From: Nitrospirota bacterium
GTDB lineage: Bacteria; Nitrospirota; UBA9217
Length of the DNA stretch: 64,000 bases
Reading direction: 5' to 3'
Assembly (NCBI GenBank): GCA_963845065.1
Contig: CAWJQQ010000001.1
Span: forward strand, 1,120,001 to 1,184,000
The notes beneath the pieces are model-generated. The model saw only the letters and a program-made list of their open reading frames with translations, had not been told where the DNA came from and did no database searches. The position numbers and the translations under genes are program-made. Every line of letters starts with the position of its first letter. The stretch's first letter is position 1. Below, piece after piece: positions 39,011 through 48,252 of this stretch.

Positions 39011-41224
39011 TTGAAAAAATTAGTACTTTATCTGATCTCATTTTTATTATTTACTCCCCAAATCTTCGCTGCACCTGCACTGAATAAATCTCTTGCCGAG
39101 CCACCGGAACATCCCGGGAAAACATTACAACAGAGATTTGCTTCGAGTTTGCATGCCGGCAGGGTGCTTGCTCCAGCCTCTTATGCGACACCGCAGTCGG
39201 TAAGAGTTCTTTTTCTACGCGTGGAGTTTCAGCCGAACCAGGACCCAGCGTCTGCTGGAAGTGGGTTGTGGCTTGACCCTCTTTATTCAATGGGCACAGG
39301 CACACCTGCAGATGCTAACAGTCTCAGTGACCCATCAAATTTTTGGGTAAACAGGGACAAAACCAAGTTTGTTGATTATTATGGAGAAGTTTCTTATGGT
39401 CTCTTGAACATAGCGGTTGATATTACACAAAACGTCTATCAGCTCCCCCATGTGATGGCTTATTACTCAGGCTCAACGAACCAATCACTCCAAAATTTAA
39501 TCTACGACAGCATTGTCACTGCATTAAGCGACACGAATCCGGCGACTAAGCCTGACTTTGGCCTCTATGATGCCGTTCTCATTGAGCATGCGGGCGACGG
39601 TGAGGAGTCGGACATAACAGGAACATATATTCATGATATCTGGTCCCTCTATTATGCAAATCCTGTTGAAGATAAAGCAGGACAGATAACAGGATGCATA
39701 TCGCAAAACGCATCAAATACGAACTGTCTTAGTGTGACGCTTAAAGACGGATATCTTATGCATGAGGCCATCATCATGCCTCAGACCGATTCAAGGACTG
39801 TGCCCTCCCCTGGTATCATTGTCGACCCACTTGGCGTCTATGTGCACGAGTTCGGCCACTGGATCGGCCTTCCTGATCTGTATTGCACGGCTCTGGTATG
39901 TTTACTTGACGGGGCAGGGAAGTGGAGCCTTATGGCGGACGGCGTATATAATTATAATCCGAACGATTCCTCGACTCAAACCACTGTATTATCAGCACCG
40001 ACAAATACCACGCTGTACTGGTATGGCAGTTCCCCATCACATCTGGATGCATGGAGTTTAATGTACCTTGGATGGGTCAATCCTCAAATAATAACAACGT
40101 ATTTGTCCGGCATGACATTAAACACCATAGAGTCCGTGCCGCCGCCGGCTTTCGCTTCCGCAGGTACGAACATACTCAAAGCTCAGGCGTCAACTACCAC
40201 GACCAGCCAGTATTTCCTAATCGAGAACAGACAACAGATCGGGTATGATGCGGGCCTTCCAGGCCATGGGCTCCTGGTCTGGCTCGTTGATCAGGACGTA
40301 ATTGATGCAAATTTCCCTTCCAACTCCATTAATACCAACCCCGAGCGCCCGGGGTTGAAACTTATCCAAGCTGATGGCACTTGGTCACTTTTACAACCCC
40401 CGGGCGCACCAGGATCAAATACAGGGACCGCTGGCGATCCATTCCCAGGCTTAAAAAACAATAACGTTCTCACTCCTGTGACCAATCCTTCGTCTATCCC
40501 ATATACGAATTACGGTTGGGTCAATATAAGAAATATTGTTGAAGTACCGGTATCAAATATAACTGCTACTATGGTTAGTTTTGATATCGGTTTCGGGCCG
40601 AATCCGCCAGCAGATCCGAATATATTGAATGAAAATACGCTGACATGGCAGCCGAGTGCCGGGGCGGTCTCTTACAACATTTATAAGAACGGCTCCTCCA
40701 TACCGATAAATACTGTCCAATCCAATAACTCGGCCGATCTTAGCTATACGGACATTGCAATGCGGCCATCCGACACCTATGCAATAACGGCGATTGATGT
40801 GAACGGAAACGAGTCTCAGCCCGTGACTGATTCATCGCCTGCGGTTTTCGGTTCGGACGCCAGCGGCAACCAGCAATATTGTTTCATTGCAACAGCAGCG
40901 TACGGTTCCTATCTTAACCCACATGTGGAAGTACTTCGGAATTTCCGAGACCGCTATCTCTTAACAAACGCTCTAGGTCGAGAATTCGTCTCGTTCTATT
41001 ACTTCGTTTCGCCACCGCTTGCCGGTTATATCAGCAGGCATGAATATTTAAAGACCTTAACGCGATGGATGCTTTCGCCGGTCGTATTGATCGTACAGTA
41101 TCCGATTTTGTTATTTCTAACTTCGGTCATCGTGATTATGCTGATTATATTTACGGCAAAAAGAGTGAAGGCAGGACGAACACTATCATCACAGGTTTCC
41201 AAAATGAATAATATTGGCAAATAG
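39011..41224 (+). CDS. Secreted M6 (immune inhibitor A-like) metalloprotease with C-terminal CFI-box-CTERM domain
   Basis: Signal peptide, [48 protein letters not shown]3-like segment, [10 protein letters not shown]...V.VLR.FRD..L + TM + basic tail. Confidence 0.88.
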   Translation: MKKLVLYLISFLLFTPQIFAAPALNKSLAEPPEHPGKTLQQRFASSLHAGRVLAPASYATPQSVRVLFLRVEFQPNQDPASAGSGLWLDPLYSMGTGTPADANSLSDPSNFWVNRDKTKFVDYYGEVSYGLLNIAVDITQNVYQLPHVMAYYSGSTNQSLQNLIYDSIVTALSDTNPATKPDFGLYDAVLIEHAGDGEESDITGTYIHDIWSLYYANPVEDKAGQITGCISQNASNTNCLSVTLKDGYLMHEAIIMPQTDSRTVPSPGIIVDPLGVYVHEFGHWIGLPDLYCTALVCLLDGAGKWSLMADGVYNYNPNDSSTQTTVLSAPTNTTLYWYGSSPSHLDAWSLMYLGWVNPQIITTYLSGMTLNTIESVPPPAFASAGTNILKAQASTTTTSQYFLIENRQQIGYDAGLPGHGLLVWLVDQDVIDANFPSNSINTNPERPGLKLIQADGTWSLLQPPGAPGSNTGTAGDPFPGLKNNNVLTPVTNPSSIPYTNYGWVNIRNIVEVPVSNITATMVSFDIGFGPNPPADPNILNENTLTWQPSAGAVSYNIYKNGSSIPINTVQSNNSADLSYTDIAMRPSDTYAITAIDVNGNESQPVTDSSPAVFGSDASGNQQYCFIATAAYGSYLNPHVEVLRNFRDRYLLTNALGREFVSFYYFVSPPLAGYISRHEYLKTLTRWMLSPVVLIVQYPILLFLTSVIVIMLIIFTAKRVKAGRTLSSQVSKMNNIGK

Positions 41225-42233
41225 TGACATGATTCAAATTAAGCTATGAGATAGCGTTGCTTGGTTTTTTACATTATACTTTTATAATTTCTGTCGTGTT
41301 GTCCCTATGGGACAACGATAGAATAATTGGAAGTACTTTAACCTTAGCAATTCTATTTGATATTAACTGGCAGAGTGATTTCAGTACCATATCTGGCTTT
41401 TTAATATTTCACGGAGGTTATGCTCCGAAGTTTTATTATGGGGAAGCTTTCGGTTAGTGCTACAAGGGAGCGCTAGGCATTCCCTTGGATGTCGCGGGAC
41501 TCAGAGCCTCACAAGTGAAAACAAGCTAAGCGATTTAATTGCATGAAGTTATAGTTTTCTTCATTTGCTCGTGCCAATTAAGATTAATGGCATTTACAAA
41601 TAAACAGTAGCAGGCATGTAAGACTGTCAATATACAATGGTTGCCATCAGTGGTTCGGTGACAGGTTTGATGAACGTAAATGAGTACAATAATAGGCTAT
41701 GATGTTAAGCGCTTTGCGGTTCGTAAAATATTTTAATGTTTTTTTTTGGCCAGCTTGACATTGGTGGAAATTGGTTATAAACTTTTCACATATAAACCAT
41801 TTTTCTAAAATATACGCATACAGAATGTCTGTTACTTGCCATGAGGCTGAATGCCTCCTGGACAAAGGGGTTGCAAGGGGAAGGAGGGACCCTTATTCAC
41901 CCAGACCAGAGGAGTAGGTGTGGCAAACACTTCATTTTCATGATGTGGTTACACCCGTGCGTCGTGAAGCGGGATTCTTGTCTCGCGCCCAATCTCAAGC
42001 TTTGCAAAAAGAATAAGCAATATGCACATTAGGTATTCCAACGCAGGTGGCGAATCATACCTTAACTCATATAAAGCAGTATGCCCAGTGTCTTGAAGCG
42101 GGGTTCTTGACTTTTATGTCATTGCATTTTAGACGGAGTTAAACGAACGTCGCTAAATAAGAGAGTAGTACGTTTTTTTATACCTGCGGTGTGGCTCATT
42201 ACCATATACAACCAATCCATTAAGGAGGTGTTT

Positions 42234-44159
42234 ATGAAAAGGTTAATGCAGATAGTGTTGGTCGTTTCTCTTGCTATAACGGTTGCATTTATTTTAGGAG
42301 CTTGCAGCAGTGGCGGGAGCAGTTCGTCATCGAGCAGTAGCAGCAGTTCATCATCAAGCAGCGGGGGTATTTCCAACAACACGCAAGGTGTTCAAGCAGC
42401 GTCCACCGCTAACCAGAGTGCAAGCATGGTGCAGGGAACAGGCCAGACATTTCAGAACCTCGGTACTATCGGGTTGACCTCTATAGGAGGTGCTGCGCCT
42501 GCATTCCAATCCTCCAGCGCTTTACAACTGAGCCCTGCTATGGAGAAGTTGATTACTACAACAGGGAAGCTTCCCACATTAACCTCGGTGGGCAAAGCAG
42601 CAAGTTCCATCAAAAGAGCGCTTGCGTCGAGGGCTGGCACTATAAGAGCAGCAGCTGGAGGAACTATCAACTGTGTAGATGCAGGAACAGCCGTTTACAC
42701 AATAAATTCTGCAAGCGCGGGTAGCTTCAATGTAACTATCACCTTCACTGGATGCCGTGAGAACGATACACAGATCGACGGTCAATATATTTTTACAGGG
42801 ACTACCGGCACTAGCGGGACTACCGGGACTACTGCAACATTGGACATCACACTTGGCTCAGCGAACACTCCATTTACGATCGAGGACTTCTCTACAGGTT
42901 ACGGTAGCGTGATTTCGCGGGCTACCTCGACCGCCTTGTCGCTCGGGATTAATATTGCAGAGTCGGCAAGCTCTTTAACCTATACGATGAATGCTAGTGG
43001 AGCCATGACCCTCTATGATGAATTCACTGGTAATAATTATACGATAACGTTCTCGAACGGATTCAATGATGTATATGCTTTATTGAGCGCGGGAACCGGA
43101 AGTACGTCATCATTCAGCATAACCGCGAATGGTAGTTATGCCGAGTCCTGGACTACGAGCGGAGTAACGACGTCTGTCTCATCGATGTTTTCTAACTTGG
43201 CACTTACACTCACGTTCAACTCCACATCCGAAGCGCTTTCGATCAATGGACAGTATACAATTACATTCACGCCTGCTTCATGCTTGAATGGGACGTTCAG
43301 TTTCGTAACGAATACTCCAGTTCAGGTGTCGGTGGCAACGGGCCTGACCGATCAGGGCTCGATTACCATCAACGGTGTCACTACGATCACGTTTAATGCT
43401 AATGGCACAATCACGGTAACAACCGCTGGTGTCAGTCAAACTTACAACAGTGTATATGCTCTTGATCAAGAATGCCCAATTGCAACATTGGATGAGCCAG
43501 CCCCGTTATCAAGCGGCTCTACCGGCACAACGACTGTGCCGACATCTGGTACCGCAATGACAATTACCCTAACCTGGAATGAGACCGGTAATACCGCGGT
43601 ATCGAACGATGATATGGATCTCCATTTGAATTATTACAACGTGACGGCGCCAACTGGTTCGACGCAGCCTACGTGGCATGTAGATTGGGACCTCTCAAGT
43701 GGAACATCAACCACAGTTATTGCTAACCTATGTACAGCTCCTGCTGGCGTAACTTCATACCGCTCGGCACTCGATCTTACCGGCGCTGGAAACTGCGATG
43801 TTCTTCTCGATCAAGACAATGTTGTTGGTTTCGGTCCTGAGCATATAATAGCTACAATGCTTCCGGCTGGATATTATGTCGTTTCAATTAACAACTATTC
43901 CTTCCACGGGGACACTTCAGAAGACGTAAAAGTAACGATCGAGATAGGAAATTCATTATTTGGCCCCTTTACCAGTACAATGACAGCGGCTGACGGAGAG
44001 GGATCGGATCCGGCCTCTTGGTTCGGAGCTGCTGACATAGTTGTTAGCAGTTCGGGAGTTGCGACGGTACGAGCGCATAATCCAAGCTTGTTGCCATGGG
44101 ACGAAGATAACCCATTCGGCTTGGGAGCGCCTGGTTTGCGAGTAAAAGGTGGTATTTAA
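42234..44159 (+). CDS. Large Ser/Thr-rich lipoprotein with C-terminal YfaP/DUF2135-like domain
   Basis: AAGGAGG RBS, lipobox ILGAC, poly-Ser linker, beta-rich body, ITLTW...DMDLH and DQDNVVGFGPEHI. Confidence 0.8.
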   Translation: MKRLMQIVLVVSLAITVAFILGACSSGGSSSSSSSSSSSSSSSGGISNNTQGVQAASTANQSASMVQGTGQTFQNLGTIGLTSIGGAAPAFQSSSALQLSPAMEKLITTTGKLPTLTSVGKAASSIKRALASRAGTIRAAAGGTINCVDAGTAVYTINSASAGSFNVTITFTGCRENDTQIDGQYIFTGTTGTSGTTGTTATLDITLGSANTPFTIEDFSTGYGSVISRATSTALSLGINIAESASSLTYTMNASGAMTLYDEFTGNNYTITFSNGFNDVYALLSAGTGSTSSFSITANGSYAESWTTSGVTTSVSSMFSNLALTLTFNSTSEALSINGQYTITFTPASCLNGTFSFVTNTPVQVSVATGLTDQGSITINGVTTITFNANGTITVTTAGVSQTYNSVYALDQECPIATLDEPAPLSSGSTGTTTVPTSGTAMTITLTWNETGNTAVSNDDMDLHLNYYNVTAPTGSTQPTWHVDWDLSSGTSTTVIANLCTAPAGVTSYRSALDLTGAGNCDVLLDQDNVVGFGPEHIIATMLPAGYYVVSINNYSFHGDTSEDVKVTIEIGNSLFGPFTSTMTAADGEGSDPASWFGAADIVVSSSGVATVRAHNPSLLPWDEDNPFGLGAPGLRVKGGI

Positions 44160-44174
44160 ATTAATCATTACTAT

Positions 44175-44202
44175 GGCGGGGCTTATGGCCCCGCCTTTTT
44201 TT
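44175..44202 (+). terminator. Rho-independent terminator after the lipoprotein gene
   Basis: GGCGGGGC-TTATG-GCCCCGCC-TTTTTTT. Confidence 0.85.
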
Positions 44203-44208
44203 ATTATC

Positions 44209-44898
44209 ATGAGAAAACAATTTATTTTAATTTTATTTACAGTAGTACTGTTATGTGCGCATATCGGAAATGCATCACCTCCGGACGATCTAAGTATTCT
44301 GTATTTTTTTTCTGCAACATGTCCGCATTGTACAGCAATCGAACCAAAAGTAACGGAACTGAGCAAGGATTTCAGCGTGCAAGGCTTTTATTTTGGCAGG
44401 GAAGTTCCCGGATCCATGCCCTTCACGGTCAGGAAGGGTGATAAATCCCTATCTGATAAATATGATATCAATGGTGTGCCCGCGCTTGTGATCCTTAATA
44501 AAGGGAACATGAAAGAAATCATTCACGGAGAATACGACATAAAAGACGCCCTGTTTATATTGAAAGCATTCCAAAGAGGAGCACTGACCGTGTCGGAAGC
44601 TGTTGCAAAAGGGATCCAGGGTTCTTCTCATATTGTTGGCTGGATAGAGAGCAGGGGGGATTACTTCAGAAACGCTCATTTTTTCATCACCGACCGGCGT
44701 ATTATGATACCGATTAGTCCTTGGTTACCGTTGGAAACGGTCAAGTCTCCCTTCAAAACTACTCACCCGAGATTAATGTCTGATATCATTGGTAAGCCGG
44801 TCGAGCTTAAAGGTGCCTTGATCAAAGCAGATCAAACTTACTCATTCATTGTAAAACATGAAGTAATTCCCGACAAGATACGATCGTCTTTTAAATAA
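44209..44898 (+). CDS. Exported thioredoxin-like protein
   Basis: Signal peptide, YFFSATCPHC, Y.INGVPALV cis-Pro loop, extra C-terminal domain. Confidence 0.78.
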   Translation: MRKQFILILFTVVLLCAHIGNASPPDDLSILYFFSATCPHCTAIEPKVTELSKDFSVQGFYFGREVPGSMPFTVRKGDKSLSDKYDINGVPALVILNKGNMKEIIHGEYDIKDALFILKAFQRGALTVSEAVAKGIQGSSHIVGWIESRGDYFRNAHFFITDRRIMIPISPWLPLETVKSPFKTTHPRLMSDIIGKPVELKGALIKADQTYSFIVKHEVIPDKIRSSFK

Positions 44899-44929
44899 GA
44901 CGCGACAATGGATTCATTCGGTTGCTTAC

Positions 44930-46616
44930 CAAACTATCCGCAGAAAGCCCCTGGTTTTAACCATGGGGATGAATGCGAGAACTTTGTTTTTCAGCAATTG
45001 CTGGACAAATGTATATCTATGTGGTATATTTGAGCAACCAATGCCTCGTAAACGTAAACCTAAAACCCCATCTTTTGTACACGAGTTCCAACTCGTAGTG
45101 ACTCCAAAGGATAATCGAACGCTAGATGTCCGGCTCGAAGCTGGCCGTTATCTGTACAATGCCTGTCTTGGTGAAGCGATGAAGCGTCTTGCCGCCATGC
45201 GTCGATCCCCAAAATGGCTCGTGGCGGTCACGAAGAAGAAAAGCAAGCTTCGCACCAAGATGTTTAGGACAGCCAGAAACAAGGCTGAATATACCGAATA
45301 CCACATTCACAACTACGTCGGTATCCTACGTAACTCCTGCTGGATCGGAGACCATATTGACAGCCTGGCCGCCCAAAAGATAGCGACCAGGTCGTTTAAT
45401 GCCGTTGCTGACTACGAGTTCGGGAAGCATGGGAAACCACGGTTCAAGCGTCGTGGCTGGATGTCTTCGCTCGAAGGCAAAAACAACAAGTCTGGTATTC
45501 GGTGGTGCGATGACCATGTTGAATGGTCTGGACTTAGCCTTACCTGTGTCTTCGACAAAAAAGACAAGTTTGGCGTTCAGGCACATGCGCTTAGCCATGA
45601 TGTTAAATATGTTCGTTTGGTGAAGAAAACCATCTGCGGTAACGCCTGCTGGTTCGCCCAACTCGTGCTTAAAGGCACGGCCAGGATCAAGCGTGAGAAC
45701 CAGATTGGCACCGAAACCGTTGGCCTTGATATTGGTCCATCCACGGGTGCTATCGTTAGCGATACCGATGCGTTGCTCGTAGCATTTTGTCCGGAAGTCG
45801 AGATTCCGTACAAACAAATCCGCGTGGTTCAGCGTAAGATGGCCAGAAGCCTGAGGGCTGCCAACCCGGACAACTACAACGAAGACGGCACGGCTAAGAC
45901 TGGTGCCGGCAAGGGTAAAAAGCGGTGGATATTCTCTGCTCAATACCGTGCGCTTAAGGCTGAACTAGCCGAGCTACAGCGAGTTTTGGCTGAAACCAGA
46001 AAACGGGCTCATGGCACGTTAGCCAATGAAATTCTTAAGCTCGGAACCAACATAAAGACCGAGAAACTGTCGTACAGAGCATTCCAGAAACTCTATGGTA
46101 AAAGTATTTCAAGACGCGCTCCGGGGATGTTTATTTCGATGCTTCGCCGCAAAGCCGAAAACGCTGGCGGTAAAGTAACTGAATTTTCTACCCGGAGCAC
46201 GAAGCTTTCAGAGACATGCCACTGCGGGGAAGTAGCCAAAAAACCGCTATCCCAAAGATGGCATGACTGTAACTGCGGGGTAAACGCTCAACGCGATCTC
46301 TACTCCGCATATCTTGCAAAATATGTTTTTGAAAATGTCCTCGACACGCGTCAAGCCGCAGCAGCTTGGCCGGGTGCAAACCTGCTCCTGGAACGGGCGG
46401 TGTTGAGGGTGCAGTTTGAAGCGGCAAATGGCCGGATTCATCCGGCCAGCTTCGGTATTAACAACATGAGAGCCAACACCACGAACCGGAGACAGAGTTG
46501 CCTGCCCGTTAAAAACGGATCAACGATAGTCGATGCCGGCAACCTCTGTATTGTTGCCGAAAAGCCTGTCGGTATTGCCGTTAGAACCCCCTGTCTTTAG
46601 GCATGGGGTAGGTCAG
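44930..46616 (+). mobile_element. IS1341-type (tnpB-only) IS200/IS605 element with both ends intact
   Basis: TTAC (44926-29)|CAAACTATCCGCAG-AAAG-CCCCTGGTTTTAACCATGGGG left end; GAAC-CCCCTGTCTTTAGGCATGGGG-TAGG-TCAG right end (ends 46616). Confidence 0.88.
45041..46600 (+). CDS. tnpB: RNA-guided endonuclease TnpB (apparently intact)
   Basis: R.LYNACL, GKPRFK, RuvC-I VGLDIG, RuvC-II IKTEKL, zinc finger CHCG...CNCG, RuvC-III QRDLYSA; ATG 45041 just after TGGACA-17-TATATT. Confidence 0.92.
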   Translation: MPRKRKPKTPSFVHEFQLVVTPKDNRTLDVRLEAGRYLYNACLGEAMKRLAAMRRSPKWLVAVTKKKSKLRTKMFRTARNKAEYTEYHIHNYVGILRNSCWIGDHIDSLAAQKIATRSFNAVADYEFGKHGKPRFKRRGWMSSLEGKNNKSGIRWCDDHVEWSGLSLTCVFDKKDKFGVQAHALSHDVKYVRLVKKTICGNACWFAQLVLKGTARIKRENQIGTETVGLDIGPSTGAIVSDTDALLVAFCPEVEIPYKQIRVVQRKMARSLRAANPDNYNEDGTAKTGAGKGKKRWIFSAQYRALKAELAELQRVLAETRKRAHGTLANEILKLGTNIKTEKLSYRAFQKLYGKSISRRAPGMFISMLRRKAENAGGKVTEFSTRSTKLSETCHCGEVAKKPLSQRWHDCNCGVNAQRDLYSAYLAKYVFENVLDTRQAAAAWPGANLLLERAVLRVQFEAANGRIHPASFGINNMRANTTNRRQSCLPVKNGSTIVDAGNLCIVAEKPVGIAVRTPCL

Positions 46617-46634
46617 GAGATCAATCACAATCTA
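46430..46634 (+). ncRNA. Predicted TnpB omega/reRNA (scaffold over the tnpB 3' end and right end; guide = flank after 46616)
   Basis: Position inferred from the known architecture of TnpB guide RNAs; 5' boundary is a guess. Confidence 0.4.
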
Positions 46635-46651
46635 GACCCCAAAAATATTAT

Positions 46652-47425
46652 CTACTTCCCCTTGCTTTTCTGCCATAAGTCTTCCATTTCATCAAGCGTC
46701 ATATCGCTCAAGGATCTCCCTACATCCACAGCTGATTCTTCGATAACGCGGAAGCGCTGTATGAATTTACTGATGGTTTTTCGGAGCGCATTTTCCGGGT
46801 TTACGCCGAGGAACCGAGATATGTTTACAAGCATGAAGAAAATATCGCCAAGCTCTTCTTCGATGCCGGATGCGTCCTTCAGTTCAAGAGATTCCTTGAA
46901 CTCTGCAATTTCTTCATCTAGTTTGGGCAATGCATCATCGATGCGGCTCCAATCAAAACCGACGCGCGCTGCACGTTCCTGGATGCTGTGTGCACGGAGG
47001 AGGGACGGCAGGTGGTGGGGAACACCTTCAAGGATTGATTTCCGCTGTTCGTAGCCTTTCTCTTTTCTCTTGATCTCTTCCCAGTTAGCAAGGACTTCCT
47101 TATCAGTGCTGAGACGAGTATCGCCGAATACATGGGGATGACGGCGGGTCATCTTCTCGATGTTAGTTGAGATGACATCCTGGAAAGAAAATAGCCCCTG
47201 TTCCTCAGCAATGCGAGCGTGGAACACGATCTGAAACAGGAGGTCGCCGAGTTCTTCCTTTATTTTATCTGAAGACCCTTCATCCAAAGCATCGAGCACC
47301 TCATAGCATTCTTCGATCAAAAAGGGCTTTAGCGACTCTGTTGTTTGCTTGCGGTCCCAAGGGCATCCATCTTGGCTTCTGAGTTTTGCCATGAGGGCAA
47401 TGAGATCAGGCAAGTTATCATTCAT
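46652..47425 (-). CDS. mazG: Nucleoside triphosphate pyrophosphohydrolase MazG
   Basis: LR...GCPWDRKQT, EE.YEV, EELGDLL.Q..FH, RRHPHVF, GFDW, second EELGD. Confidence 0.96.
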   Translation of the reverse strand: MNDNLPDLIALMAKLRSQDGCPWDRKQTTESLKPFLIEECYEVLDALDEGSSDKIKEELGDLLFQIVFHARIAEEQGLFSFQDVISTNIEKMTRRHPHVFGDTRLSTDKEVLANWEEIKRKEKGYEQRKSILEGVPHHLPSLLRAHSIQERAARVGFDWSRIDDALPKLDEEIAEFKESLELKDASGIEEELGDIFFMLVNISRFLGVNPENALRKTISKFIQRFRVIEESAVDVGRSLSDMTLDEMEDLWQKSKGK

Positions 47426-47450
47426 AAAAAACCTCTTACATCCAATTTAG

Positions 47451-47499
47451 GAAAATAGCGCAGGAGACCCCTCATACTTTAGCTGTGGAAGCGAGTCAA
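47451..47499 (+). repeat. Single-hairpin IS200/IS605-end-like mini-element, copy 3
   Basis: TTAG|GAAAATAGCGCAGGAGACCCCTCATACTTTAGCTGTGGAAGCGAGTCAA. Confidence 0.55.
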
Positions 47500-47645
47500 A
47501 ACTAAGTGATATTCTATAACGAGATATCAATACCTTACACAAACGATTTTCCGTTTGCAAGCTTTTTCCTTGAATTATGAGCGTCTTATATGGTAATCTA
47601 ATAAAGTTTCTATCGTCGGCCATTTGTTCCGAAAGGAGACTCGAT

Positions 47646-48056
47646 ATGTTTCAGAGGATGTCATATGCATTCATTATAATTGTTACCTTTATCCTGTTAA
47701 CCGCTATGGGCGGTACGGGAGGGTTTGAACGCGCACCACGCGTAGAAAAGAACTTTAATGTCGTCGTAATCGATTCATCGGGCGTAAAGATCGATGGTGA
47801 TCAATTCAGTTGGGAGGGGCGACTCCATTTTGAAGGGTATAAAGGCATGGCCCAGGTGGTAATACCCTTTGAAAAATTGAAGGAATTGACAATAGGTCAG
47901 GAAGTCGAGCGTAAAGTTAGGGTTACAGCACTTTTTTGGGACGGGACCGAGTCCACTTTCGATATTGATGCCAAATCAAGGTGTTTTGGTGAAGCATCGT
48001 TCGGGAGTTTTATGCTCCAGATGGAGGAGATCAAATCAGTAGCGTTTAAAAAATAA
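47646..48056 (+). CDS. Hypothetical exported/membrane-anchored protein
   Basis: AAAGGAG RBS before ATG 47646, hydrophobic N-terminus ending AMGG, beta-rich soluble domain. Confidence 0.7.
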   Translation: MFQRMSYAFIIIVTFILLTAMGGTGGFERAPRVEKNFNVVVIDSSGVKIDGDQFSWEGRLHFEGYKGMAQVVIPFEKLKELTIGQEVERKVRVTALFWDGTESTFDIDAKSRCFGEASFGSFMLQMEEIKSVAFKK

Positions 48057-48252
48057 TGTCCTCAGCGGGCGTGCATTGTTAACCAGAGATCATTGAGGGT
48101 GAAGAACTCCCCCTCAAGTTGCGTGTCAGAAGATTTTTTTTTATAATATCGTGAATATAGAACAGCTACGCTCGTCGGTGGCTTAATGCACTTAATTTTT
48201 TTATTTGTTCGATTTCCTCAGCAACTACTATTGACCCTTCAAGTGTTTTCTA

